A stretch of 63,444 bases of DNA, counting the filler, from Phoronis australis (lineage: Eukaryota; Animalia; Phoronida), in NCBI GenBank assembly GCA_002633005.1. It is 7 parts of 7 records of this genome, joined end to end, with 100 filler letters (N's around TTAATTAATTAA, not from the genome) between each part and the next. Parts side by side here need not be neighbours in the genome. Positions count along the whole stretch, not along the records: positions 18,288 to 45,533 come from NMRA01000413.1; 6 more parts are not named here. One strand, given 5' to 3'. The notes under the pieces were generated by a model. That model saw only the letters and a list, made by a program, of their open reading frames with translations, did not search any database and was not told where the DNA came from. Of this stretch, positions 25,028-38,900 are shown piece by piece. Each line of letters opens with the position of its first letter. Positions within the stretch are counted from its first letter, which is position 1. The position numbers and the translations under genes were made by a program.

Positions 25028-25229
25028 GAGCAACAAACCGCACAAATGTAACTCTGGAGAATAAACAGTGGGAGACCAACAGCACAGAGCACTATTTAGC
25101 ATAGATGAACGAGGTACCAACATCTGACCCCCAGAGCACTTAGATTCCACCTCAGAATGTACAGATATGGCTGTCTGGCGTTGTCTAGGCTATGGGTATG
25201 GCCCCTGGGGATCTTAAATGGGATAAAAA

Positions 25230-25720
25230 GGTGACCTAGATTTGATATTCTAGGTACCGGCCAAAACTGTTCTAAAACGAGCAATCGTGCTGCAGTGAGC
25301 AGCCAATGACCAATGGCAGACAAATTGCAAGCTGGAAAGGTCCGCCAGAAACCCAAAAAGCCCCACCCCCCAAAAATACGAACTACTTCAAACATCCGAG
25401 GTACCACAAAAAGTTCCATATACTGATCAATGCATGACATTGACCTTTAGTTTTCCCATCAGACAAAATACACTCTAGTTTGTGCCCGCCAGAAGCCCCA
25501 AAACATCAAAAACGGCATGCCACTGAAAATTTGAGCTAGGTTAGATATTCGAGGTGCCGGCCAAAACTAATTTAAATCGATCAATGGCGCCGCATTAAAC
25601 ACCGAATGACCCATGACAAACAAATTGTATTCTGGAAAGTGTCCGCCAGAAACCCACAAATGACCCCCCAAAAATGATCTAGCTCATATATTCGAGATAC
25701 TGCAAAGTCAATTCCATATG
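25230..25720 (+). repeat. Diverged ~300-bp tandem duplication
   Basis: gatattc..aggt.ccggccaaaact...caaattg....ctggaaag.tccgccagaaaccca occurs at about 25243 and about 25544. Confidence 0.8.
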
Positions 25721-25834
25721 ATTCAATACATCCTACTGTAGTAAATGGCCTATGAGAGGAGGCAGTGTGGCCTCAGTGTGATAGGTGGCTGCTTTCTTTA
25801 CTCGAGGTCGTGGGTTCATTAAAAGAGTTTATAA

Positions 25835-26122
25835 CAGGGGCGGATCCAGGATTTCGATTTAGGGTGGCCAGGGCACAGGAATAACCGGAATTTTGCCACA
25901 TGCGCGCGCCCAGCCTAAAATGTAAGGGATGCAGGGGTCTCGAATTTTTGTGTTTGTGGACCTTATTACTAAAAAAACTTGAGGTAAATGGGGTTTGTTC
26001 AAGGCATGGGTGCGCGCATATGCTGGTAAGCAATTCGCACCCCGAACTGCCAACTGGTATCTGGGAGAATTTTAGGGGAGGGGGCATGGCCTCCTTGGCC
26101 CCCTCCCCTAAATCCGCCACTG
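25835..26122. mobile_element. hAT-like MITE with 5-bp TSD
   Basis: CAGGGGCGGAT...ATCCGCCACTG termini; TATAA on both flanks (25830-25834, 26123-26127). Related copies at 38412-38484 and ~48515-48677. Confidence 0.85.
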
Positions 26123-26845
26123 TATAAGATGTAATATGACTATGCCAGATAACATTTCATCATCCGTGTATAAAAGGATAAGCGGAGCGAATGAGCAGTT
26201 CATAAGTTTAGGGAGGAGTGGCGCCTTGTGGATGGAACGTAGAAGCGTTTTGTTTAAGCACGGAACTCTCCATATACCACCACTGAAAGATCGTCTGCGA
26301 AGCTCATGCAGGGAAGAAAATCGAAGACTTTGATGAACAAATTTTTCCACTGCGCTCCATCATGGCACGCGTGCGAGGAAACCAGCGTACATTTTGATCC
26401 GACTGTAAATTTTACCTGCATCGTGTGCTCAGTGTCTAATATTTATAGACGTGAATTCGTGACGTCTAGGCAGGTGGTATAAGAGACATTTTGTATACCG
26501 GTATGTATATTTAATTTATGGGTCATGGTGTGTAAGTAGAGCACTGTAAGCTAATGACACCTATCGGTATCAGAGTGAGTCGAGGCAGACGCCTTGACAT
26601 AAAGTCACGTATATTTATGCAGCGTTTATCTTGATTTTTATTTGATATTTCACGTAAAGAATGGACACTGGCCCACAAAAGAGTCACATATATCAAATAT
26701 AAACATAAACTAAACAAATGGATGGCACATGGTATTCTCAAGTTCACCAAATATGGAGAAACGTTAGAGATTAAAAAAAAAAAACGGCCAACAACACAGC
26801 TTTTCAACAATTTATCTCAAAACTTAAAACGTTCAACAGAAAGTG

Positions 26846-26980
26846 TTAACTATTCGCATTTTGTCTCTTCCAGTACCAAATCTGTCTTTTGTAATTGTAA
26901 CACTCGACCATAGAGATGTAATCCCCGTTTACTGATAGTTGTAAACAACGACCCGTATCCACGTGGCGTATCTGTCCTCC
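26846..26980 (-). CDS. GALNT exon 11 (ricin gamma repeat, stop)
   Basis: tttctag|[44 protein letters not shown]. Confidence 0.92.
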   Translation of the reverse strand, partial: GGQIRHVDTGRCLQLSVNGDYISMVECYNYKRQIWYWKRQNANS

Positions 26981-29900
26981 CTAGAAATGGAAAAATAACT
27001 CTGGAGTAGAACAATCGAAAATTGTTAGAAGATATTTAGTGCACCAAGTCAATGTCCAGCTCACCAGGAAGGCAAGAAGTGGCGCATCAGACGCACATGC
27101 AATATAAGCGATACAGTACGGGCCATCGACTGGACTTGGTTAGGGCTGTGCTGTATTTAAAGTGGTTTTATTCATAATTTGATTGGTTTTAAATTGTTCG
27201 GAACTGAAGCTAGACAAGACTTTACGAGGTTTCACAAAGTTTAGAATTAATATGCCGAGATCACTAGCATTTGATTAGCAAATGTTTTAGAATATTCTGG
27301 GGACACCCAATAAATTTCCTCGATTATTGTTAGGTGTCCCGATGTTTTCATTCTAAATGTTGACAACCACGTAAGTGATGTTCAGTATAACAATGTCTCT
27401 GTGTTGTGAATATTGTAATTTTCCTGAGTCCACGTTCTTTAGTCTCATACCAGTCATAAAATGTCTTCACGGTAACACTCGCTACACCTATCACTATCAC
27501 TTATTTGTTTACGGAAACACTCGCTACGTGTAACACTATTAGTTATTTGTTTACTACATGTATCAGTGTCAGTTATTTGTTAATTTCTGAGGATTGAATA
27601 CGTTATTTCTAAATTTTTATGTGACGTCCTACACTGCAACCAGTTTAAAGAGCAATCCACAGTTTATTTCAAAGCAGTACACGACAGATGTTTGCAATTG
27701 TTTATCTATCTGAAAAAATCCTCTAAATTTAGAATACTTAGAGGTAGTTGGAGTAATTAGTTTAGCACATGCTTTGTAAATGTCGTTGCGTCCTGAATAT
27801 TAATGAAGAATGCAGTTGTGATAAGTGACACCAACAGTCCAATTAATATATAAACACGTATAATTTTGGATGAATGTCTGACTAAATTCTTCACAGCAAC
27901 TGTCAGGGAACCATGTTCTAAAACCTTTACTTGATGTGATGGCAAATTTTGAATCATTGAAACTATTTTCCTGCTGGTTTAATTAGTCATATACATGACC
28001 TCTCTGGTTGATATCCTTTTTACGTTACTGTTACTCTCTACGTTAATTGTCATTACAACTTAATTAATTAACGAATTAACTGCACGTTTTGGTAACACTA
28101 TTGATGTAAGAACTGAACATATTTTTAAATCTGTCTGGTATGCAAAACGAGAATTATTGATGAAGTAAATTGTTGCTCTTTTCCTTCTGGTATAATCACA
28201 CGCTATCAAGAGCTTATGAATGGTTTTCTAATGGAATGACTCTTGTGCAGTTCAGTAGAAAAACAGTGGAGCTGTGAAACGTTTTAGTGACAGTAAAGAA
28301 GGCGACATTTTTCCATTGGCTTAATGATAAAATATATATTTGTTACATTTTGCCCTAGGTACATGAGCCTGCAATCGTTTTAAAGCTCAGGTGGTGAGCG
28401 GAAATGTGAATAGATTTAAGGACAATTGTAAACTTTCGAAATTATTGTAACATGTCTAGATGGCTTTCGGGTATGCCAACCAGCTAGGTAGCGGTTGTAC
28501 CCACGAATCATATTAGCAGATGATACTCCGTTTGACAATGTTTGCGGCCATTAGACCGCAAAATACTCCAAAAATTTAGATGGAATTTATTAGGAAGAAA
28601 TCCAATGTTACTGCGATAAAAATTTTAATTTACTTCGTTTGTACTAAACAAACATTCCACCTTCAGATTATGTAATACCTTATTGACAAGTGTATATATT
28701 TAGCCAAATGTCTACAAAACTAGGGAATTTAACTTGGCAAAAGTATGTATTTTCTAAAATTATAAATTTGTTAGAATTTGATTTTTGATATATAACCAAT
28801 CTGCCACTAATTAGGTCACGTGACCTTGATTTTTAGGACAATTTACCAGACACACCTACAGGATCAACAACACATGACATAAATGTTCAATATAAAATCT
28901 CAAAAACGCTGTTGCCGTTTTCAAAATTGTACTTTCGTTTCAGATTTCTGCAATTTTATTTTTTTTAACAAAAATGTCCTTATTTATTTCATGCACAACC
29001 AGGAAAATTTTAAATGTACACTGTAATTCCTCAAACATTTTTGGAGACCAGTGAATAAAGTACAGTTTCTTAAAGTTTCATGTCATTTATGAGTTACGAT
29101 GTTCCGAATTTCGGAAAGGGAGAAAAGAACTGAAATGAGAAAAGGGGTGCTTTCATGTGAAACGAACGCTGTTAATGAAACAAACACCGCGATTCGTGGG
29201 AGGATAATTGTCTCCCTGATTGAGTGTGTACCCTTCATCACAATACAAAGCTGACACCTACCGGTTCATAGGACCATTCCTGAGGACCTCTGTTGTGATG
29301 ACATCTGTACAGTATCAGGTCACTTCCGTTGTAATCCAAACAATAGTCATCACGTCTAATTTGACCAATTTTACTAAGATACCACACCTGGGATAGGTAA
29401 TTAAATAGGACTTATAGAGCTGTGTAATAATATCAAAGTGGAAGCTAAAATTCTCAAAATTTTAAGATTCACAGTTTACTCAAATGAACTAGCACACACT
29501 GGCTTCGGGATTGTCTCCTAGCAACATTTCCAAGCGTGCAGCCAGAACTTCAGTGTTAAACACGCGTACACCTCCATTACTTTGCCTGAACGACATGGAC
29601 TACAGCTTTTAACACACTTAAACACAATTTACTTGATTAGTAAAAGCTGCGCGTCTGGAGTTCAACAAGAGACTGGTAGGCCTACATGTAGCTGTCGTTT
29701 CTAAATTCTGTTTAGATCAGTGAGCAACATTCACTGTTCTCGGTAATTGTGTGTGTTCACAAATTAAAAATAAACCTAACATGTTCAACTTCTAGTTAAG
29801 CTACATATTTTTCGGTCAAGTGTTTGCGATTGGTTGTACCCTTACTTGATTCCCGCCCTGTCCGTGACAACCGTAAGTCTGTATTTTCTTATTCAGCTCA

Positions 29901-32900
29901 GATGGTCCAGCGGGGCTATCGACGCACATGCTCATAGCTGCATTTCTTATCTGAAATGACAAACAGGAAGAAAAACACTATTGTGATAAAAAAACGTGAT
30001 TCAAGTGATTTTATTGAATTTGCATCGATCGCTTCAATACAGTGTCTATGATTCTGAAGACGTCCACTCGGTCAATGCTCTGAGGTTTGTGCACGAAGTG
30101 TAGTATACATGTATCTCTACCCTGCCCATCTCACACCCACGCAGTGTGGAGGGCCTGTACTGATACGATGATAAAGTAACAAACGAGTGACAACATAGTG
30201 GCACTGCTACTAAACCAAACGTCAATTTGTTCTATTCATAACTTGTTTTTTAAAGGTAGACTAGAACCATGGCAGACTTCACTCTTTCACAGTGCTATGG
30301 ATGACAACACCAGCACAAGGCGAATCCATGCTATGAATTGCACGCTTTGAGGTACGCTCGGAGGAACGGGTAACAGAAGTTGAAGGGCCTCCAGTCACTG
30401 TAGAGGCCACAGCTCGCGAGGCTACTCGCTTCAAAAATGCACTTCTCGGGCCTGGCGACTGGACGCTTCCGGGAATCAACAGCGACAAAATGGCATCCTT
30501 CTTCAGGCGTTGTTTTGCAGGAACCTTCACGAATTCCGCGTACATATCTCTTTCGTAATCCAACGGCAGAAAATGCTTGCCACACACTCAGTAATTCTCC
30601 ACTGCTTTGTACGTGTCTTGGACGGTAACGCTGCATTCTTCACACGAAAGAGCGAAGTACGTCGTAGCGTGTCATCTTTCGGAAAGCAGTGTAACAACAT
30701 ACTCAAAGTGCGCGTGAGACGATAATGAGTACACGCCGGTACGCAGCAACCGTGCAACATGTTGACTGACTGGTAAAGAAACGCAAACGACGACCGAACT
30801 TATCACAACCGAGGTAAAAGAATGGCTGACTCGACAGCTCAGACAGTGAGGCTATATGAAAAAAGGCGGAAAATTCTTAACTCCCTAAACGCCACTTCCG
30901 GGAAGCGGTTATTAACTGAAAAATATGTCTGGGATAATCAACGAACCGTATTTTTACTAAAAATGACACGAAAAAAGTTTTCCTTCTCCTTTAATCCATG
31001 ACAAACAATTAGCTTGTTCTGTGTTGAATTCCGTAGACGTAACAATCTCGCTAAGGAAGCTAATGTGATCACGTGCTGCGCAAGATTCTTGCATCAACGG
31101 AACTCGACGCTATTGTGTGCTCCGACCCATATCAAACTTGCACTTCACTGTTTAAAAAAGAAAGGTCCCACCTGCATCATCGAACATTTTATAGATTTAG
31201 TGAAGAACAAGTTTGTAATCTTTTCAAATGTGTGTGGAGTCAGGTGTAACCTGCTGTATTTCGACACATGACATATAATCCCTGCAAGCACGACCACGTG
31301 ATTGATCTTGAAATAGCGTGAACGCAGTCGTTTTAGCTGCACTAAAAGTTTTGACATATTAGATTAAAAACTGATGCCACGTGTTTGTTTAGTTTGTTTG
31401 GAAAACAGTTAAGACTTGCAACTGAAACACATCACATTCACTACATGCAGACGTTGGTGGCGCTGCAAAAATTATTGTTGTGCATTGCTATTCAACACAC
31501 AATGCCACGTTTTAGCATCACTTTTAAAAACGTAAACGTAAAAGCGTGCGTGTTCCAAAACATGCAGAACCATTTGTAGTTTGGACTCAACACCTCGTTT
31601 GCAAGCATGATGGCAAATCCCTGCAACTGTGAATTCTCTGGTTACATAATCAATATTGAGACCCTGACCTTGAGTGAGCAAACCAAAAAGTTTGTCATAA
31701 TTACCTCCCCTGAAGCCAGCGCTTCGCCGGGTATAAACATCTCTGGGTGGATATTTCGTAAGAACCACGAAAAAGATTTACACTTTAACCTCTTGCGTAA
31801 TTCGCGACGCTCAGAAACATCCCCATAGTCACCCTGTAAAATTATACCTGTACCTGTAGCCAAGTTAAGCGATTATAGTGACAGCACGATTAGACATGCA
31901 TGGTGCTTCTTTCACATGACAGATAACATTTAAAAAACAAGCGTTACTACATCTCAACGTTCCTAAGTTCAGATCCAGAGAAAATCAAAGAGGACGAGGC
32001 ATATCGCTAATTACACCAGTTACAACACAGGAAAACACAACAGTGAATCGTCTTACTCTTATGAAAGCTCAGACCTTTTGTAGTTGTCTATTTTCCTCGG
32101 TATGGTCACAGGCGCACACTCAATAAGGTGTTTAAGTCCGGAAGTCAAAAGTCTTTTTTGTCTTGAACTTCCATGATAATGGCGTCAGACTATGGCATAG
32201 GAAGAGCAGGCTAAGGTGCTTTTGACGAAAGGCGTTTAATTAATCTCCGTTGCTCAGGAAGTTGTTGCGATTAGAGCGGCGTGACCATGATTGCACTGAG
32301 TCGCGCTCCAACTTCACCGTCACTAAGCACTTCATTTGGAGAAGGGTTTGCGGAACCCAGTGGTTTTGAACAATATATGTTTTTCTATGCATATAATACG
32401 ATAACAGGTACACGACATTTTAAAAACTTTTTGGTATTTACCACGCGTGTGGAATGGACTTTTCACTCGGTTGTAAAGTACTTCTCACCCCACGTGTGGA
32501 AAGTACGAAAAAGGTTTGCTTAAATGCGTTTGGAAATTTTCTGATAGCCCACTGGGGCTTTTTCACTTACCAAGTCATACCCAATTTTCTCGTAGTAGTA
32601 TTTTTTGTAATCGTCCAGCCAAACTTCGGCCAGACGAACCAAATTCTTTTTCAGGAAATCACCTTTGCCCTTAGAATACGTTGCACCTTTCCTTCCACGA
32701 AATATGTGGCCGACTTGTGAACACGGATGTGTAACTAGGGCGCCACCGCACATCCAAATCTTAAAATTATAAAAAGTAAACGTTACTTAGACTTCTCGTG
32801 AGTTACCAGGAAATTCATACAGTGATAACACCCTGGTGGAATACGTCATCCTATTGATGCTCAAGCGCGCCAGAGCTGTGTCTTTTATTGCCTAGGCTAA

Positions 32901-35900
32901 GTCATACACAACTAGATGGAAGGGTATGTCTTACGTAGTCATGGTAAAGTCTTGCGTAGTTTTGGTTCGTGATGCACAATTAGGTGGAAGGCTGTGTCTC
33001 AAGTGACCAAGGTAAGTCATGCATGCACAGTTATGTAGAAGACTTTGTTTCATGTAGCCATGGTTAAGTCATACACAGGTTGTTGGAAGGCAATGTCATA
33101 CACAGCATGGTAAAGTCACACATAATTTGCTCGAAGGCATTCTTACGTGGTCTTGGTAAAATAATGCACAATTAGCTCGAAGGCCATGTCTTACGTATTC
33201 ACGAGAAAGTCGTACACAATTAACTGGAAGGTTATGTCTTATCGCACTTATTCTTAAGGTGTTGTTTATGTTTTAATTATGACGCACGACGCCCAAATCT
33301 CAAGTTATAATGTATGTGAAATATTTACCAAATTGAACCCTGAGTACAGGATAATGCACACGTGCGACATTTTAAAATCATACCCTGAAAGACAACTCTA
33401 AATTTTCGCCTCCCCAAATATCCATGGCTGCATCGTATGTACCAATTGTGTGAAAATATTCCCTTTGGATGGAAAACAAACCTCCCGCCATCGTTGGAGA
33501 TCTGAAATGTAGTCAAAGTATTCCATACATCTAATAAATTAGCAGCATCGCGTTGATCTGCTGGTGTATAACCTGACCAATAAAACTGTGAAGCATCTCA
33601 AGTGAAAGTTACTTCTGTGACCTTGATGTCAAAGTTGCAGCTTGATTCATATCTTTAAAAGAGAATGCCACCCGATTTTATTAGTCTTTTTACCGTCTTA
33701 ATCGGTCTATATCTACATGTACATCTCCTCTTATACGTCGACCTCACCTTAGTTGCCGAGAGGTGTCGCGTTAACCTGCGAGGAAGATGAGAAACGACGC
33801 AGCGACGTCAGAGGTTCGTCTAGAGAGTGAATGCCGCTATATTGCGGTGCATTGTTCCCGCTTGTCCGAACTATGAAGCTGCGAAGAAAGCGGGTATATC
33901 GTTTTTCGACTTCCTCGATAGCCCGAAAGGCTTAGGAAGTGGCTTGCGGTAGTGAAGAATGAAAGGTATGCTGTTGATAGCAAGTATGAGGCCGTGAAAC
34001 ATCTCCGTGTCTGTGGCCGGCATTTCGTCGACAGTGATTTCTCTGACGAATTCCGGCTTACCAAAGAACTATACATACGTTCCGTTTCCTGTGCATGTTC
34101 CCGGCGCCTCTCTAGTACTTCTTGATCACTGCATTCCGTGAAACCTAACGATCCGACCCGAGAAGTCTTCGTCGTATGAGCTCTTGACTAAGTCGGGATT
34201 GGCGCCGGGCGAGTTGCCATATAGATGTTTATTATTCTGCGTTCTGTTTCAAAACGAATTATTCTCAACCTAAAATGATCCTAACCAATGCTTATATGAA
34301 ACTGAAACAAAGTCTGTCTCGTTAGATACAATTTTGTAATGCCTTGGAATGCTCGTGAGTGCAAATAGTTTGAGAAGCCACCAATGAATAAACCATTGCG
34401 TTACCGGCTTTTGATGCCGCCAACAAAGGTAATTCACCGGGCACCGAGGCCGTGTGAGCACATGCTAATTCAGTGTTTGCTGACAGAAAGCTGTTGTGAA
34501 ACAATTACTCGATTTTATATGCTATGTTCACATGTTAGGTTAATGCTTAGAAATACAAATACATTATTCAAATCATTGTTACTGTACAACCTTTGCCCTG
34601 ATGGTCTGTGCAAGGAGAACCCGACTTCGTGGCTCCCTACAAGTAAGTAGATTTTCAGTTTCGTGGCTAATTCACATAAATATACATGTAATTACGTGCA
34701 CATTATTAATTTGGCTCACTATTATAGTCTTTTTGTGACTTGGAGGTTTAGTTTCCAACTCAAGCTGGTTTATGTTCATGCCAGTCCCGGCGGTCGCGAA
34801 GGGTCTGATCGAGTTCCGAGCCACTGGCCGGGATAACGAGTCAGTCCGGCCGGGACAGGCCTCATCGGGTTCCGAGTGTTTTGTGTGTTTAGAACTAAAA
34901 AAATCACAAGTCTAAACAACACAGTTCTAAGTTCTCCTGTCTGTATTTCACGGAAGAACACTTCGAATTTATCTCCGAACAGACCCCAAACTCCTGCTAC
35001 GGACCTTGGTAAATTGGCCTGCCGAACTTTGTAGGCTACGGTGTGTCCAAATACCAGTGAATCCGCAACAGCGAAATAAAACAACACGTTTTTATGAGAA
35101 CTCGGTGTATTTTTAAGGGTTTTACATCGAAGTTTGATGATTTATTGGAGTTAAACGATGAATTCAAGCGATAAGCTGACACCACTAACTCGTGTTGTGA
35201 ACTGCTTTACTGACTGCGGGTGAAACCAATTACGTCATTGGATAATTTCAACACATCCGTCTTCCGTCAGTTGTCAGGTAACGTAACAGAACCTGCTGTT
35301 ATAGAGTAGAACTACTCGATCTAAATTGATACAAAATAGGTTGTTTTTTGGGTGGCATTCTCCTTTAATGTACTCGAAAGAGTGAATGTGAGCAATGGCA
35401 CAAATTCAAAATAATGGTCTTTCTTCAACAGTATCATTATTTCTAAAATGTATAGGTCTATTTAGTAGAGATTCTAGTTTATTTATATTGACTGCCGTTT
35501 TATGTAATTATTTCTCTGACATTCTTCAACAAGTCTGTTAATGGTGCTCCTAGTGCACTTGCCAAGCCATTGCACCCACCCCATAAACCGACTTAATTGG
35601 ATGGTAGTGACATCTTCTGGATTGCCTCGACTTTGACATGATTGGTCTTTGATTTTGTAATGAACATACGTGGCAAAAGTGCCTGAAGTGACATTTTTGA
35701 AATGTAATTTAATCTCTCCATCACTGTTCTGGCGTCAGCGCTGTGTTCTAAAACTGTTCTTCTGTGCCGGGTTGCATGAAACAGTCCCAAACAGGGACTC
35801 AACTAAATTCCCTATTTTGCCTATTTGTGTCTTTGACGGTTTAATTACAGATGTGATCTTTCTCTTTCTAATCATCTTCATTATGAGCTGCTCTTTGACT

Positions 35901-38900
35901 GGTGACATTTTCTAACAATATAACCAAAACCTGAGCCTTGAATTCAATGGAAATAAATTGGGACTTAGTCCCAACGTTAGGAGTGTTGCATGAAAAGATC
36001 CCTATACATTTTCGATGATATTGAGAATTCAACGTCGATTTCACTCTCGATTTCTATCAAAACCAAAAGTTGACTTAGTACTGACACTAGAAAAGCATAA
36101 GAAAGGACAAGCTGTGTTTTCACAAGTCCACAAATACGCAGTAGGTTTAGGGAACTAAGTTGAGCCCCAATTTAGGACTGTTTCATGCAACCGGGCACTG
36201 CGGACTCGTATGATTGTTAAGCGTGACTATCATAAAATGGTATTTCACTCGTTAAATATATTCATGTCAGCATATGGACTCGTCTTACTCCTTTTCCCCC
36301 TAATTTCGGTCAAGTCAATTGTTCCTTTGTGTAGGACTGCATTTCGTTTTTCCAGCCTTTTCGTTGGTCTGCAGTTATCACGTGCCTTAAGTTTGGTCAG
36401 CTCATGGCTCTTGTAGTCTGATCATTGTCACGAGTCCTTAAGCGTTTTCTTTGTTATAGTAACCTCGTTTTCAGTTCACCTTTGTTCCGGCCACATTGTC
36501 ATACGTTCCAAAACTTGTTAATGTGCTCACATAAACTTTAAGAAGTAAAATACCATATACATGTACGTTAACCGAGTAGAATCCATACTTTGATACATGT
36601 TTGTTTGCAATATCTATAGGCAGTTTGTTTTACGATTGCATACCGGAAGATTGGATATTGTACAGAGAGTAGGTTATGAACCAGTGTGTACACTGTATCA
36701 TGTTGTCGTGTTTTCAATCAAGTGCATCAGTGCATCATCCATGCAAGCGTACATTCTAGAAACAATAACAGACGTATAATTATTGACATTTTTCATCAAT
36801 CTGTTCTTGTTGTTAGTAAAAGCAGGTGGTCAGATACACAATGTATGTTATTTAATCAAAGCAGGTGGTCAGATACCCAATGTATGTTATTTAATCAATT
36901 GAACAGCTGTACTAAAACTGCAGCAAGGGCTGAGTATATGCGCAAGTTCTCTGTAATGAGTTGAAGGCATACGTACATCAATGGAGGCAGCAAGTTTGCC
37001 AATATTCAGGTCTTAAAAGAGCTGAAGGCCCACCGGAGGGCTTTTCACTACCTGGTGATATGGATATAAACCAAAAATGTGAGGAAAATTCTTGTTCAGT
37101 GTGTTAGCACTAACCAAATCAAACTCCCTCAACGTTTAGAAAACTGCAAACGGTCTTATCGCTTCCGTTTCGCCTCTTTTTACCTTCCTCAAACAACAAC
37201 GAATCAAATCGTCGGCCATCTTCTACTCTCAGTTTTTGACCTAATGATGTCATCAAGTGACCCGAATACCAACCAATGAGAGAAGTGAATGCTTTAGTTC
37301 ACGAGCCCACCGCTAGGTAAAAAAATGAAAATGTTGGAGTGAAAGCGAAAAGCAAAATGTCAAAATTTCGAGTGAATTAGTTCTTTTACAGACATTGATT
37401 TGCGAGCATCGATATTCGATGTATTATTTATGCAGCTGAACGTGTTCACGCGATTTCAATTTCGACGAGTGTAAGTTAATGCACTAGTGTCCAATAACGT
37501 CGTAAGGTGGCTGGTGATAAGAGAGGAAACTGCAGTATAATTATGTTTGTTCTTGTTGTGAAAATACGAAACTATTAGTCATCTAGTCTACCAACCTTAT
37601 GAAACAATTTAGTGATAGTTGGACATGCTGTTTTCTCCTATTTATGATTAATTGAATATATGTTTATTTGAATGCTAAATGGTGTGATCTCTATTGATAT
37701 ACGTCAGCACGCGGTGCTGGTAGGGATAACCATGTGTGACCTCGCTTGAAATCTCTAAACGTGCAATGCTATCACTACTATGTCAAGGCTGTGTCCGGAA
37801 AATGTAATACACTAGCGAGTAAAGAAAGCATCGTAGTCTGATGCACAGCGAAAACTTGCAATGACTTGGCGTGATTTCGTTTTTCTCGACAAAAATTTGT
37901 TCTAGAGAACGTAGCCCAAGTGGTGGCAAACATTACCTATTACGAGCTTACCTCACCGGAGCCACAAAGTGGTATTTTTTTCTCTCCCTCTGGAGTTTGT
38001 TTGGCGGGAAAAACCACGTGAAGCCGAGATTCCAATCGAAGCCGCCCAGTTGCGTTAGCTCTGCTTTCCCATAGAAAAATTCGAACGTGTCGTCACTGAT
38101 GATATCGATGACGGGAGTGACACTTGTGTTTGGGTTATTCTTGATGACATCGAGAATGGGTGGCAACCATCCTTTAAAGCATTGCAATTCACTATCAGGT
38201 GGCATCCAATTAGGCTTGGCAGAATTGTTGAATAACATGGCACAGCACAACTCCCAATTAAGGGACTGGCGTACATCATAAGTCACGTGTCAGTGCATGA
38301 GTTTGAAAACTCTTCAAGTTCTTATGCTCATAACAAAAATCATTCTTCAGTTGCATCTTGTATGGTTTATAGGAGGATTTGAGACTAGACTACTACATGT
38401 ACTATCTTTTGCAGGGGCGGATGCAGCATTTGAGAATTTTATTGGGGGGCATGGCCCCCTTGGATCCCTCTGAATCCACCACTGCTCTGTGCCAGTAATG
38501 CTCTATAGTAAAAATTCGAATTCCAAGAATTGGAACGTAGTGGACTTTGCTGGTATGATTTTCCTGACCAAATTTTCGTTCGTCAAAGACCTTTCCACCT
38601 CAATACGAGGCTGGTTATCAGAAGATGATAACCCTTTTTACCTGGGGTACATTCACAGTGAGAATCAAGGAACGTCAACACGTCGCCCGTAGCAGCGGCA
38701 ACCCCAAGTAGACGCGCTCGTATCAACCCTTCTCTTTTCTTTGCACGAATAATCTTCACTATTCTCAGTCGTCTCATATATTTGTCAAGCGGTTCTTTAG
38801 TATGTGCTGAAGTTTAGACATAGACTTGCATTTTATGGATGAATGACTTGAATGATTAATTCGCAAAACGACACGATAATATAAACATTCTATATTTTAT

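Noticed and set aside
31472-31700. Cys-containing ORF as the GALNT lectin exon
   Set aside because: It lacks the CxD and QxW ricin motifs. The true lectin exons are at 29950-29846, 29387-29262 and 26980-26846.
32880-33242. ~47-bp repeats as a CRISPR-like array
   Set aside because: Degenerate head-to-tail minisatellite in an intron; no repeat-spacer alternation.
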